Both the position numbers and the translations under genes were made by a program. A model generated the notes under the pieces. It was not told the DNA's origin. It made no database searches and saw nothing but the letters and a program-made list of their open reading frames with translations. Positions 10,843 to 21,741 of a stretch of 64,000 nt of DNA are shown here, in pieces. The first letter of the stretch is position 1, and each line of letters starts with the position of its first letter. Source of the stretch: an uncultured Candidatus Binatia bacterium (GTDB lineage: Bacteria; Desulfobacterota; Binatia; Bin18); NCBI GenBank assembly GCA_965214605.1, contig OZ243961.1, forward strand, positions 2,496,001 through 2,560,000. Reading direction: 5' to 3'.

Positions 10843-12182
10843 TGGATCAGCAGGCTGCGGTTGACTATGTCCTGTCTCTGGCTCGCGAGGATGGGGAGCC
10901 CGATGTTGACTTTATTGTCGAGCGGAGCGAACAGTTATCGCTGCGCGTGCTAAACGGCCAGATTGAAAAGGTTGATCAGGCAACCGCACTCGGGCTCGGG
11001 CTCCGGGTCGTCCACCAAGGTCGGACCGGTGTCGCCTCGACTGAACGGTTGGAACCCGCGGCCCTGGAAAAGGCTTTCCGGTCGGCCAAGGAAAACGCCT
11101 TGCTCAACGATCCGACCGAAGTGGTGCTGCCCCAAGCCCCTACCAACATTCCTGATCCCCAGGATCTTGGGCTGTTAAATCCCGCCATTGAGAGGCTGAC
11201 GGTAGGTGAGTTAGGCGCTTTTGCTCTAGAAATTGAATCAACCGCCCGTCAGGCTGACGCGCGGGTGACCGCGGTTCCTTACCTGAGCGTGTCGCGCTCC
11301 AGGTCCGAGTACCGCATCGTATCGACTCACGGAGTTGATTACCAACAGCATCAAAACAGTATCGGAGCCAATTGCCAAGCCTTGCTCGAAGACGGCGACC
11401 GTCGGAAGAGCGGCGGACATATGTGGACCGCTCGGGCTTGGGACCCGAGCCAGAGCACAGTCATTGGCAAAACGGCTGTCCGCAAAGCCGCCGACCTGCT
11501 GACGGCCAGTCCGGTTCCCGGCGGACGAGTGCCGGTCGTGCTCGACGAGTACTGTGCTCCGCAGATACTCGGACTCTACTTAGGGTGTTTCTCGGCCGAA
11601 GCAGCGCAAAAGAGGCAGTCCCGCTTACAGGGTCGGCTAGGTGAGATGATCGCCGACGAGTCGTTAGACCTAACCGCTGAACCCCACCGGGTTGGAGCGG
11701 ACAACTCGCGTTATCTGGACGCTGAAGGTACGCCGACTCGAACCGTCCCGCTTATTGCCAAAGGGCGGTTTGAGGAGTTCATGTATCACATCGAGTCGGC
11801 ACGTCGGGACGGACGTGAATCCAACGGGCACGCTGGGCGGAGTTACAGTACCGGCATTGTGACTTCGGGGCATAATCTGGTGATACCGATAGGCGCACAC
11901 AGCTTGGATGCCTTAATCGGCCTGCCAGAGAAATGTCTGCTGGTGACCGAGCTTGAAGGCGCGGCTGGCTGTAATCCGCTGAGCGGTGATATCTCTATCG
12001 GCGTACAGGGATTTTGGATCGAGAACGGCCAGCGCAAACAGGCTGTTGATAGCGTGACCATTGCCGGTAACTTTTTCGACGTGCTCAAAGCCCTCCGCGC
12101 CCGGGGGAATATCTATCAGCCAAACCTGAGCCGCCTGTTCATTCCAGCCGTGCTAGTCGATGGTCTAGCGGTATCAAGTTAG
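10842..12182 (+). CDS. pmbA: PmbA/TldE partner protein
   Basis: ATG overlaps the tldD TAA; DAEG, SGDIS, TIAGNF; no HExxxH. Confidence 0.88.
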   Translation: MDQQAAVDYVLSLAREDGEPDVDFIVERSEQLSLRVLNGQIEKVDQATALGLGLRVVHQGRTGVASTERLEPAALEKAFRSAKENALLNDPTEVVLPQAPTNIPDPQDLGLLNPAIERLTVGELGAFALEIESTARQADARVTAVPYLSVSRSRSEYRIVSTHGVDYQQHQNSIGANCQALLEDGDRRKSGGHMWTARAWDPSQSTVIGKTAVRKAADLLTASPVPGGRVPVVLDEYCAPQILGLYLGCFSAEAAQKRQSRLQGRLGEMIADESLDLTAEPHRVGADNSRYLDAEGTPTRTVPLIAKGRFEEFMYHIESARRDGRESNGHAGRSYSTGIVTSGHNLVIPIGAHSLDALIGLPEKCLLVTELEGAAGCNPLSGDISIGVQGFWIENGQRKQAVDSVTIAGNFFDVLKALRARGNIYQPNLSRLFIPAVLVDGLAVSS

Positions 12183-12831
12183 GCGTTTTCTTCATCCAAG
12201 AATTCCCAGGCGTTCCTTCTGAACTGACTTCAGCGCGAGCAGAGGTCCGATACGGATAAGGTTATGGCTCTACCCTATTCACTAGGAGCGGCTTGATTGC
12301 GTTGACCTCTGATAACAGAAGAGCTTCTTGAACTTGGCGATGTCCTTACTGAGGCTTTCCCAGTCCGCCAGGCTCTGAGAAATCGCATACTGGCCAGCTC
12401 TTTACACAAAATTTCCTCCGATACCGGCTGTCCAGCCATTCTTTCTGAATCCCTGTCATCACCACTGCTCACACAAGTTATTTGGTCGGCAGCTTTTGGC
12501 AGCTCTCTGTCAGACGTCAAATTATCTGATTCATGCAGGAAAGATGCAATGTATGGAGGTGAAAACAACGGCTTGTTATGAATTCCAAGAGCTACTAAAA
12601 GGGAAAGACTTGATTCGTCTTCGTATCGGTACGTTTTGGTAAGCGATTCGACGACAGGGGTTCTGGGACAATACGAATGGTGATTCTTGACCACCCTGCA
12701 GACTATATACCTGAACTAGTCCATCTTGATATCCCAAGACTCATAGAAAGGGTTGGCGCAAGCTCGGGTCTGCGGGAAGTTCAAGTCTCCAACCTGAAGG
12801 AATTCCTTTTATCTCCTGCGAGGAGCGCAGT

Positions 12832-13638
12832 ATGAGCAACTTCTTTACCGGTCCGCTCCCACGGCTGTTCGCCCACCGGGGCGCTAGCGGCGAGGCCCCA
12901 GAAAATACCCTGACGGCGTTTCAGCGGGCCACCGCTCTAGGTATTGTTTATATAGAACTTGATGTTCATCTGAGCCGGGATGGTCACGTAGTGGTTATTC
13001 ATGACGAGACCTTAGAGCGTACGACCAACGGACATGGGCTGGTCAGGGAGCACAGCTTGGCCGAGTTGCAAGAGCTCGACGCTGGCTACCACTTTACCTT
13101 CGATGCCGGCAAAACGTTTCCGTTTCGGGGTCAAGGCGTGGCAATCTCCACCCTCGCCGACGTACTGCGCCGCTTCCCACACGTCCGATTTACGGTTGAA
13201 ATCAAACAAAAAGAGCCGCCGATAGAAGAGCAGGTGATCGCCGTAGTGCGGGAATGTGGTATGGCCGACACGCTCGTCCTTAGCTCGGAGCATGACTCGG
13301 TTGTAGCTGGCGTCCGAAGCCTGGCCTCAGATATTGCCACCAACTGCTCGGCGGGAGAGGTGCTAGCTTTTATGCAGCGAATCTCTACCCAGCAGCTCGG
13401 CGACTACCACCCGCCTAGCCGGGCGTTTCAGATCCCGCCCAAATACGAGGGGATTGACCTTGTCACCCCCCAGACTGTTGCGGCTATCCACGAACTTGGA
13501 GCAGAAGTTCACGTGTGGACGATTAATGATCGCCAGGAGATGGAACGCTTATTCGGGCTTGGTGTAGATGGGATGATGTCCGACTTTCCGAGCCGCCTGT
13601 TAGAGGTAGCTCATCAGCGGGGAGCCCGGCCCGAGTAG
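12832..13638 (+). CDS. Glycerophosphodiester phosphodiesterase
   Basis: AHRGAS..PENT, ELDVH, HD.TL.RTT, VEIK, WTIN, GVDG..SD. Confidence 0.93.
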   Translation: MSNFFTGPLPRLFAHRGASGEAPENTLTAFQRATALGIVYIELDVHLSRDGHVVVIHDETLERTTNGHGLVREHSLAELQELDAGYHFTFDAGKTFPFRGQGVAISTLADVLRRFPHVRFTVEIKQKEPPIEEQVIAVVRECGMADTLVLSSEHDSVVAGVRSLASDIATNCSAGEVLAFMQRISTQQLGDYHPPSRAFQIPPKYEGIDLVTPQTVAAIHELGAEVHVWTINDRQEMERLFGLGVDGMMSDFPSRLLEVAHQRGARPE

Positions 13639-13664
13639 GTGGCATGCCGCCCGGTTTATGCTCT

Positions 13665-14495
13665 TCATACCTTAGGCATCACCTCAGCCGCAAATTTATC
13701 AATACCGTGCCGATAAGTCTCGGCGTTCTCATAGCGGCCCAAACCTAACACATAATAGTCAGCTCCGGCTTCCTTGACCATGTGGATCCGGTCGAGCATC
13801 GCTACCGGATCTTCACGGATCATACCACCAGTGATGATCTCCGGTGCGGTACGCCCACGTTTTTCTGCTTCCTCAGCCAGATAGGTTTTGACTTCGGTCA
13901 GTTCGGGCGGTTTGAGGCCAATCGGGTAATACCCATCTCCAAACCGTAAGGTCCGCTCCAGAGCCTTTGGTCCGACGCCACCAACCCAAATCGGTGGTCG
14001 AGTCGGACGGGGGGCAAACACAAACTCGGGAAATTTGACGTGCGTGCCGGTATACGAGCTCACATCGTTAGCAAACAGCTTGTGAATGACTTCGAGCGTT
14101 TCGTTGGTCAGCGCGCCCCGTTTGCGCGGATCAACACCCAGGGCTTCAAACTCTTGCCTCAACCAACCGACCCCCGCTCCCAGAATAACCCGATCATCGG
14201 ACAGCTCCTGGAGGGTAGCCAGCTGTTTGGCGGTCAGCACGGCCGGGCGATAGGGCAGGACCAGCACCGAAATCCCGATCCTAATACGCTCGGTGATTCC
14301 GGCAAGATAGCCGAGTGTCATGAGGGGATCAAAATAGCGACCACCCGAACCCTCGGTTTGATCGGGCGGAATAGCTAGGTGGTCGACCACAAAGGCCGCA
14401 TCAAAGCCTGCCTGTTCTGCTGCCCTGGCGCAGTCGCCGATGATCTGTTTGGTCGCCTGGGGACCCATATTGCGAATAACCACGCCAATTTTCAT
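13665..14495 (-). CDS. LLM-class (probably F420-dependent) oxidoreductase
   Basis: DHL, DP...L..LA..T, GAGVGW...EF, PPIWVGG; start overlaps the leuD stop. Confidence 0.88.
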   Translation of the reverse strand: MKIGVVIRNMGPQATKQIIGDCARAAEQAGFDAAFVVDHLAIPPDQTEGSGGRYFDPLMTLGYLAGITERIRIGISVLVLPYRPAVLTAKQLATLQELSDDRVILGAGVGWLRQEFEALGVDPRKRGALTNETLEVIHKLFANDVSSYTGTHVKFPEFVFAPRPTRPPIWVGGVGPKALERTLRFGDGYYPIGLKPPELTEVKTYLAEEAEKRGRTAPEIITGGMIREDPVAMLDRIHMVKEAGADYYVLGLGRYENAETYRHGIDKFAAEVMPKV

Positions 14496-15115
14496 TCTAT
14501 ATCCTCCAAAAACAACCACGGTGCTTCCCGCCTGCGTCGTTGCTCATAGGTCGTGATATCGGCTTCGTTCTGTAGGGTGAGGCCAATCTCATCCAGCCCA
14601 TTCAGCAAACAGTCCTTGCGAAACGGATCAACCTCAAACTGGAAGGTCGTTCCGGACGGGGTTGTCACACTCTGGACGGCTAGATCAACACTCAGCTCAT
14701 AGCCCGGTATGAGCTCAATCTCTTTGATGAGTTGAGCAACCTCATCGGCTTTGAGTACGATCGGCAGCATACCATTCTTGAAGCAGTTATTAAAAAATAT
14801 ATCGGCGAAACTGGGCGCAATCACACATCGCAGTCCATAGTCGAGCAAGGCCCAGGGAGCGTGCTCGCGCGACGAGCCGCAGCCAAAATTGTCGCCTGCG
14901 ACCAAAATGACGGCATTCTGGTAGCGCGGCTGGTTCATAAAAAATCCGGTATCTGTTTCGCCACTGCTCGTATAGCGCCAATCTGAAAACAGCCCTTCGC
15001 GTAATCCAGTGCGTTTGATAGTTTTCAGATACTGCTTGGGGATGATCTGGTCGGTATCGACATTAACCCGGTCCAGCGGGGCGGCTAGCCCTTTGACAAC
15101 GGTGAATTTATCCAT
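14492..15115 (-). CDS. leuD: 3-isopropylmalate dehydratase small subunit
   Basis: [33 protein letters not shown]. Confidence 0.96.
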   Translation of the reverse strand: MDKFTVVKGLAAPLDRVNVDTDQIIPKQYLKTIKRTGLREGLFSDWRYTSSGETDTGFFMNQPRYQNAVILVAGDNFGCGSSREHAPWALLDYGLRCVIAPSFADIFFNNCFKNGMLPIVLKADEVAQLIKEIELIPGYELSVDLAVQSVTTPSGTTFQFEVDPFRKDCLLNGLDEIGLTLQNEADITTYEQRRRREAPWLFLEDIE

Positions 15116-15164
15116 AACGTTTTCCTCATACGCAGTCAGTCCTGTATGGACAGGCCGGGCTCGT

Positions 15165-16568
15165 TCAACTCCAGGTCCGAATATCAACGAAATGCCCGGC
15201 CACCGCAGCCGCGGCGGCCATTGTCGGCGACACCAAGTGGGTGCGGCCGCCTTTGCCCTGGCGGCCCTCAAAATTCCGGTTGCTAGTCGAGGCGCAGCGC
15301 TCCCCAGGCTGGAGGACGTCCGCATTCATGGCCAAACACATGGAGCAACCGGCCTCGCGCCACTCAAAACCGGCCTGCTTAAAGATCTGATCCAGGCCTT
15401 CCTCTTCGGCCTGTTTCTTGACCAGCCCCGACCCCGGTACCACCAGAGCGTGAACGGTTGAAGCGACCTGTTTGCCCTTGATGCACGCGGCTGCGGTACG
15501 CAAATCTTCGATCCGTGAGTTGGTACACGAACCGATAAACACCTTATCAATCGTGATGGCGGTGATTGGCGTGCCGGTCTTGAGGTCCATATAGGCTAGC
15601 GCGCGTTCGGTGGCCTCTTGCATTTCCGGCGTGGGCATGTCCTTGGGGTCGGGCACGGTACTGGTGATGTTGGTCACCATACCGGGGTTAGTCCCCCAGG
15701 TGACCTGGGGCAAGATGTCTTCGGCCCGCAGAGCGACGCTGCTGGTGAAGCTCGCCCCCGGGTCGGACGGCAGCTGTTTCCAGGCCGCAACCGCTCGGTC
15801 GAACAGGTCGCCCTGGGGTGCTAGCGGCCGGCCGCGCAGATAGTCGTACGTCTTTTGGTCAGGTGCGACCATACCTGCCCGGGCCCCGGCCTCAATCGAC
15901 ATATTGCACAACGTCATGCGGCCTTCCATTGACAGTGATTCGATGGCCGAGCCCCGATATTCAATCACATGACCAGTGCCGCCGGCTGTCCCAATCTTGC
16001 CAATCACGGCTAGGATAATGTCTTTGGCCGTACAGCCCTGGGGCAGTGTTCCCTCAACCTGGACGGCCATGGTCTTGGCCCGTTTTTGGACCAAACACTG
16101 GGTAGCCAAGACATGCTCAACCTCACTGGTCCCGATACCGAACGCCAGCGCCCCAAACGCTCCGTGGGTCGCCGTATGCGAGTCGCCACATACAATCGTC
16201 GTGCCTGGCAGAGTAAAACCCTGCTCGGGGCCGATCACATGGACGATACCTTGGCGGACGTCGTTCATGGAGAACAGCGGCATATCGGTGACCCGGCAGT
16301 TCGCTACCAGGGTCTCGACCTGTTTGGCGCTCACTCGATCTTCGATCGGTTTGTCACGATCCGTCGTCGGCACATTGTGATCGGGAACAGCCAGGGCAGC
16401 TTTGGGCCGTCGTAGGCTCCGTCCGGCAAGCTGTAGACCCTCAAACGCTTGGGGTGAGGTCACTTCATGGATTAGATGGCGGTCGATGTATAGCAACGCC
16501 GTCCCATCCGTTTCTGTGCGGACGAGGTGTGCGTCCCAAATTTTTTCAAACATGGTCTTGGCAGCCAT
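15165..16568 (-). CDS. leuC: 3-isopropylmalate dehydratase large subunit
   Basis: [34 protein letters not shown]. Confidence 0.97.
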   Translation of the reverse strand: MAAKTMFEKIWDAHLVRTETDGTALLYIDRHLIHEVTSPQAFEGLQLAGRSLRRPKAALAVPDHNVPTTDRDKPIEDRVSAKQVETLVANCRVTDMPLFSMNDVRQGIVHVIGPEQGFTLPGTTIVCGDSHTATHGAFGALAFGIGTSEVEHVLATQCLVQKRAKTMAVQVEGTLPQGCTAKDIILAVIGKIGTAGGTGHVIEYRGSAIESLSMEGRMTLCNMSIEAGARAGMVAPDQKTYDYLRGRPLAPQGDLFDRAVAAWKQLPSDPGASFTSSVALRAEDILPQVTWGTNPGMVTNITSTVPDPKDMPTPEMQEATERALAYMDLKTGTPITAITIDKVFIGSCTNSRIEDLRTAAACIKGKQVASTVHALVVPGSGLVKKQAEEEGLDQIFKQAGFEWREAGCSMCLAMNADVLQPGERCASTSNRNFEGRQGKGGRTHLVSPTMAAAAAVAGHFVDIRTWS

Positions 16569-16697
16569 TTGCTACTCCTTTACCTCCTAGGCGCATATGT
16601 CTCACTCCCGCAAATATACTATCGATCGGCAAAATGGAAGCAGATGGAAGCGAGCCGCAAGCTGTGATAGATTGATAGTCTGACAAAGGAGAAGCTG

Positions 16698-17558
16698 ATG
16701 AATCAGTGGACGATCGAAGTCACGGATCGGGATTTTGAACAACAGGTTATAGAACGCTCACACGCCGTACCCGTGGTAGTGGATTTTTGGGCGCCGTGGT
16801 GTGGTCCGTGTCGGGCGATTGGACCAGTACTCGAACAGCTGGCCGAAGAGCAGGACGGCAAGTTTGTGTTGGCCAAGATTAACGTTGACGAAAACCCGAT
16901 GGTGGCCCAGGCATTTGCGATCCAGAGCATTCCGGCCGTCAAAGCGATCCGGAATGGAGCCATTGCCGGAGAGTTTCTTGGCGCTCAGCCGGAGCCGGCC
17001 ATTCGCCAGTTTGTAGCAGGCCTGCTGCCGTCCGAGGCAGAAAGTTTGGCCCGTGAGGGCGTGCGACTGGCCGAAGAAGGCAAAGCGCAAGGCGCCGAGA
17101 GCCTGTATCGGGCGGCGCTTTCAAAGGAAGAAAACCAGCCCCTGGCCTTGCTCGGGTTGAGCCGCTTGCTGGTTGAGCGTGGAGATGTCGCCGACGCCCT
17201 AGCGCTGCTAGGCAAGATCCCGCTCAACGCTCCGGAATCGGACGCCGCCCAGCAGCTGATGTCCCAGATTCATCTCAAACAGGGCGGGGAGAATGTGGGC
17301 CATGAACAAGAGTATCGAGATAAGCTAGAAGCGAATCCCAACGATCTGAATACTCGGTTTGAGTTAGCCCAAGCCTTAGCCGCCTCGGGCAAATACAGGG
17401 AAGCGTTGACCGAGTACCTAGAAGTGGTGAAAAAAGACCGTGCGTTTCGGGACGACGGTGCGCGCAAAGCAATGTTAGAGGTGTTTGACGTGGTTGGACC
17501 GCGGAGCGAGTTGGCCGAGCATTTCCGGTCCGAGTTGGCCAAGGTGTTGTTTCGGTAG
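16698..17558 (+). CDS. Thioredoxin-TPR chaperedoxin (CnoX/YbbN family)
   Basis: WCGPC thioredoxin domain followed by TPR-like helices. Confidence 0.9.
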   Translation: MNQWTIEVTDRDFEQQVIERSHAVPVVVDFWAPWCGPCRAIGPVLEQLAEEQDGKFVLAKINVDENPMVAQAFAIQSIPAVKAIRNGAIAGEFLGAQPEPAIRQFVAGLLPSEAESLAREGVRLAEEGKAQGAESLYRAALSKEENQPLALLGLSRLLVERGDVADALALLGKIPLNAPESDAAQQLMSQIHLKQGGENVGHEQEYRDKLEANPNDLNTRFELAQALAASGKYREALTEYLEVVKKDRAFRDDGARKAMLEVFDVVGPRSELAEHFRSELAKVLFR

Positions 17559-17800
17559 ACCCTAAACCGTTGCCGAAGCGTCCACCTCAATGACTGGATA
17601 ATTTCCAGAGCAGGGCACTGATAGTGGCGAATATGATGAAAGCGCCGGCTGGTGCTATCCCGTATACGTCGTCACGACGAAGTTTTCTCTTGATCTGAGA
17701 AATAAGCTTCAGAATTGTCCGATTCTGCCTTGGGACACCAGTTGCCAGAAGAACGATATTCTGTTCTGTGTCTCTGCCTGCTATAGCTTTGGACAAGCTC

Positions 17801-18679
17801 CTACGTCAGCGCCCACTCTTCTCCGACGTGTTTCACCGCCCCCTCCTTTTCCAGCTTGATCAGGTGGGAGCGGACCGAGCCAGCCGCAGCCTGGTGCAGG
17901 AATTCGGGCACGTCAACGTAGATACGCTTGACCATGGCCGGAATCTCACTCAGTCCGGTCTGTAGGGCTTCCAGCACTTGCTGTTCGCGTAGCTCTCTGT
18001 GGGCAATATACTCGTTCAGCTTTTTATATGGCTCACGGATGGCAGGGCCGTGGGCTGGATAAATGATCGACAGATCAAGGGCCAGGAGTTTCCGCAGCGA
18101 AGGCAGATATTCGATGAGGCCTCCACCCTCTTCCGGGATTACAGTCGTGCCCGCTCCGAGGACCAGGTCGCCCGTGAATAAGGCTTTCTCTTCTTCCAGG
18201 TAGTAGCACAGATGATCCTTGGCATGGCCCGGAGTATGAATCGCTCGCAGCGTGGCCCCGTCGGTCTCAATCATGGCCCCGTCTTCGATATAGCTCAGCG
18301 GAAAGTCGTGGACCTCATCTTTCCCCGGCCAGGCTTTTTTAGATACCTGTAACTCACCAAACTGTGCCCGCACGTGCGGTGTACCGCCGATATGATCCTG
18401 GTGCACGTGGGTAATGATGATTTCTTGCAGCTCGGTGGCGCCGTTCTTAGTCTCGGCTAAACCCTGCTTGAGCAGGGGGTTATACACATTCAGCCCGACA
18501 CCGGTATCAAGCAGAATTGGTCTCTTGCCTTTGCCGACCAGGTAGGTGTTGGTGCCGGGACCGGTGAACGGACCGGGATTCTGGCCCAGCACGGTCGAGA
18601 CCCAGTCACTCCAGATATCGAAATTGGGCAGGTTCAGTCCAGCCATCGTATCGGTCACAATACGGGTCGGTCGTGTCAT
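17801..18679 (-). CDS. MBL-fold metallo-hydrolase (LACTB2-like)
   Basis: NPGPFTGPGTNTY, THVHQDH, TPGH, FTGD, PAHG. Confidence 0.9.
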   Translation of the reverse strand: MTRPTRIVTDTMAGLNLPNFDIWSDWVSTVLGQNPGPFTGPGTNTYLVGKGKRPILLDTGVGLNVYNPLLKQGLAETKNGATELQEIIITHVHQDHIGGTPHVRAQFGELQVSKKAWPGKDEVHDFPLSYIEDGAMIETDGATLRAIHTPGHAKDHLCYYLEEEKALFTGDLVLGAGTTVIPEEGGGLIEYLPSLRKLLALDLSIIYPAHGPAIREPYKKLNEYIAHRELREQQVLEALQTGLSEIPAMVKRIYVDVPEFLHQAAAGSVRSHLIKLEKEGAVKHVGEEWALT

Positions 18680-18683
18680 GAAT

Positions 18684-19850
18684 TTATCTCCCCAATATCT
18701 TCTTGGCGATTGTCTGTAGCTGAATATTGGACGTGCCTTCGTAGATTTTGCCGATCTTGGCGTCGCGATAAAACTTCTCGGCTGGAAAGTCTTTGATGAA
18801 GCCGTTGCCACCAAAAATTTCGAGCGACTGCGAGGCCACACGTTCGGCAATCTGCGAGCAATAATACTTGGCCATCGCTGCCTGCTGCTGGAACGGCTGT
18901 CCACTGTCTTTCAGCCGTGCCGCATTATAGACCATCAAACGGCCGGCTTCTATTTCGGTCGCCATCTCGGCCAGCTGAAACTGTACGGTCTGGAACTGTG
19001 CAATCACCTGACCAAACTGCCGGCGTTCAAGGGCATAGTCTTTGGCTGCATCAAACGCCCCCTGGGCTAAACCGATCATTTGGGCTGCAATGCCGATCCG
19101 ACCCTCATTGATCGTCTCAATGGCGACCTTGTAGCCCTGGCCGACCTGGCCGACCACGTTTTCACGAGGCACCCGCACGTCTTCCAGGATCAACTCGCAG
19201 GTTGAGCTAGCCCGAATACCGAGCTTGTCCTCTTTCCTGCCGACGCTGAAACCGGGCATCTCGCGGTCAATGACAAAGCCGGTGATCCCCTTATAACCCT
19301 TGTTAGGGTCGGCATTGGCGAACAGCATATAGAGTCCCGCTTCATTACCATTGGTGACCCACATCTTGCGACCGTTCAGCACATAGGTGTCACCGTCCGG
19401 ACGCGCCTGGGTTTTCAGGGCAAACGCGTCGCTACCCGAACCGGACTCAGACAGCGAGTAGCTTCCGACCGTGTCTTTGGCCAGCCTAGGTAAGAATCTC
19501 GCTTGCTGATCCGGCGTCAGCCAGCGCAGGAAAGCATTGATCACCAGGGTATTTTGGACATCGACACACACCGACACCGCAGGATCGACCTGCGCTATTG
19601 CTTCAATGGCTAAAATCGCCATGAAAAAGTTCGACCCTGCTCCACCATACTCAAGCGGAATTTCAATTCCCATCACTCCCAGGCCAAACAGCTGGTCAAT
19701 TAGCTCGCGTGGGATCTTTGCCGCCTGGTCCATGTCCATGACCTGAGGTTTGACCCTCTTCTCAGTAAACTCCCGGACCATAGACTGAAACAGCCTCTCT
19801 TCTTCGCTCAGCGTCGTGAGTGCGAGACTCGCATCATTCATGCTAGGCAT
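18684..19850 (-). CDS. Acyl-CoA dehydrogenase (short/branched chain-like)
   Basis: SLSESGSGSDA, NG.KMWVTN, KLGIRASST, RRQFG, IYEGTSNIQ; start approximate. Confidence 0.93.
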   Translation of the reverse strand: MPSMNDASLALTTLSEEERLFQSMVREFTEKRVKPQVMDMDQAAKIPRELIDQLFGLGVMGIEIPLEYGGAGSNFFMAILAIEAIAQVDPAVSVCVDVQNTLVINAFLRWLTPDQQARFLPRLAKDTVGSYSLSESGSGSDAFALKTQARPDGDTYVLNGRKMWVTNGNEAGLYMLFANADPNKGYKGITGFVIDREMPGFSVGRKEDKLGIRASSTCELILEDVRVPRENVVGQVGQGYKVAIETINEGRIGIAAQMIGLAQGAFDAAKDYALERRQFGQVIAQFQTVQFQLAEMATEIEAGRLMVYNAARLKDSGQPFQQQAAMAKYYCSQIAERVASQSLEIFGGNGFIKDFPAEKFYRDAKIGKIYEGTSNIQLQTIAKKILGR

Positions 19851-19948
19851 ACTCCGACTCCCTTTCACGTGAAGCTTCCTCCCCTACATCTCACGTTGCC
19901 GAACTCCTGTCTAGCCGATATACTTGTCTGAAGAAAGTGAGACGGTCT

Positions 19949-20521
19949 ATGAAAATCGGCCTGATTTCTGACACCCATATTCCTGAAGCTATGCCTGAAC
20001 TGCCGGACCAAGTTCGCACCGTTTTTACCGGAGCAGATCTTATCCTCCACGCCGGGGACCTGCACTGCCTCGAGGTCCTTGATTGGCTGGAAGAAATTGC
20101 CCCGGTGCTAGCCTGTCGAGGCAACGGTGACGAGGGCTCAGGGGGCCGACCGGTCGTACCCAAAGATCCACGTCTGCACGATGCGGCAGTTACCCGCGCG
20201 GCTGGCTACCGGATTGGGCTTGTTCACGATGTGTTAGAGCCCGAGGAATTTCCCCAGTGGCCCATCGAACGCACCATGGACTTCTATTTTGATGGGCACA
20301 CCGACATCATTGTGTGTGGTCATACCCACGTCGAGAGCTTTAAGCGCTACGGCGAGGTGTTCGTCCTGAATCCTGGCAGTCCGACATTCCCACACAATTA
20401 TGCGGCTCAGCCCGGAACGGTTGGAGTGTTACAGCTTGAAGACCATCGTGAGGGTGGGGTTGTGAGCGTTTACGATCTGAAGACCTTGGCGGTCATGCCG
20501 GAGCTAACGGCCAGCTTTTAG
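19949..20521 (+). CDS. Metallophosphoesterase (YfcE-like)
   Basis: SDTH, HAGD, GNGD, GHTH, NPGS. Confidence 0.9.
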   Translation: MKIGLISDTHIPEAMPELPDQVRTVFTGADLILHAGDLHCLEVLDWLEEIAPVLACRGNGDEGSGGRPVVPKDPRLHDAAVTRAAGYRIGLVHDVLEPEEFPQWPIERTMDFYFDGHTDIIVCGHTHVESFKRYGEVFVLNPGSPTFPHNYAAQPGTVGVLQLEDHREGGVVSVYDLKTLAVMPELTASF

Positions 20522-20534
20522 ATGCTTTGAAAGG

Positions 20535-21548
20535 TCAGCCGCCTAAACTAATCATTTCGATCTTTTTGTGGTCTCTGGGGTCATAGCCGGCTACGGACCG
20601 CAGAGCCGCTAGTCGCTCTTCTGAATAGCGATCTCGGCGCTTGATCCAGATACGGCTGAGGAGGGCTAGTATGTCATCATCTGAAGTGCCGTTACGCAGC
20701 AGGACTTTCAGATTATAGCCGGCGTTGGAGAATAGACAGGTGACAAACTTACCATCGGCGGTCAGGCGTGCCCGCGTGCAACTTGAACAGAACGGCTCAC
20801 TGACCGAGGCAATCACGCCAATATCGCCGTCTCCGTCCACAAATGCATAATCGACCGACGGCGCACTACCCTTGCCTCGGCCAATCTTACGCAGCGGGAA
20901 CCGGTTGTGAATCGTTTGGAGAATTTCTTGTTTCGTGACGATTTTGTCAGACTGCCAGCTGTTGGCGTTGCCGACGTCCATGAATTCGATAAAACGCAGA
21001 GCAAAGCCGTGTCGCCGCGCAAAAGCGACTAGGTCGAGTATCTCATCATCATTCACGCCGCGTTCAACAACCGCGTTTATTTTAATTGGAGACAGGCCGG
21101 CCCGTTTGGCGGCAAACAGGCCGGTCAAGACCTTGTCGAGATCGCCCCGTTTGGTGATATGACGAAAGCGGTCGGGCTTGAGCGAATCAAGGCTGACATT
21201 GATGCGGCGCAAGCCAGCCGCTTTGAGGAGGGCAGCTTTATCGGCCAGCAGAGACCCGTTCGTCGTCAAACAAAGTTCGGGAGCATTTTCGAGGGCGGCC
21301 AGTTTGCCAATTAGTTGCTCTAAATTCCGTCGTGCCATGGGCTCGCCGCCGGTCAGGCGGACTTTTTCCACACCCAGGAGCACAAACAGGCGCACCACGC
21401 GTGTGATCTCCTCAAAGGATAAGACTTCGCTCTTCTCCAGCCACTCGTATTCGTCGAGCGGCATACAATAGGTACAGCGGAAATTACACCGGTCGGTCAC
21501 CGAGATACGGAGATCTTTGAGCGGACGGTCGTAGCTATCTGGCAACAT
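20535..21548 (-). CDS. moaA: GTP 3',8-cyclase (molybdopterin biosynthesis)
   Basis: CNFRCTYC, TGGEP, FCSSCTRAR, C-terminal GG. Confidence 0.95.
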   Translation of the reverse strand: MLPDSYDRPLKDLRISVTDRCNFRCTYCMPLDEYEWLEKSEVLSFEEITRVVRLFVLLGVEKVRLTGGEPMARRNLEQLIGKLAALENAPELCLTTNGSLLADKAALLKAAGLRRINVSLDSLKPDRFRHITKRGDLDKVLTGLFAAKRAGLSPIKINAVVERGVNDDEILDLVAFARRHGFALRFIEFMDVGNANSWQSDKIVTKQEILQTIHNRFPLRKIGRGKGSAPSVDYAFVDGDGDIGVIASVSEPFCSSCTRARLTADGKFVTCLFSNAGYNLKVLLRNGTSDDDILALLSRIWIKRRDRYSEERLAALRSVAGYDPRDHKKIEMISLGG

Positions 21549-21741
21549 GTGGCCTCCTGAATGGAGTATTATAGCTATCAAAAAGCCGTAGCCAAGGGGA
21601 GAAGAGGTGAGAAAAATCAATCTTCCATATGTCTCTCAGTATGTATAGGTGGCGAACAACGCCTCAAACCGTGCGGCGCTCCTTCCAGACTTAGCCAGCT
21701 TGAGGTATGGTGAATTAAATGTCTTTCAGGGAGGAAGAGGC

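Noticed and set aside
7136-12182. RiPP cluster (nitrile-hydratase-like leader peptide plus TldD/PmbA)
   Set aside because: The alpha subunit has the intact CTLCSC site plus beta and accessory partners, so it is a true NHase; no precursor, YcaO or LanM gene is present.
17587-17796. 69-aa ORF after the MBL hydrolase
   Set aside because: No recognisable motif or RBS; may be an AT-richer fragment but cannot be supported.
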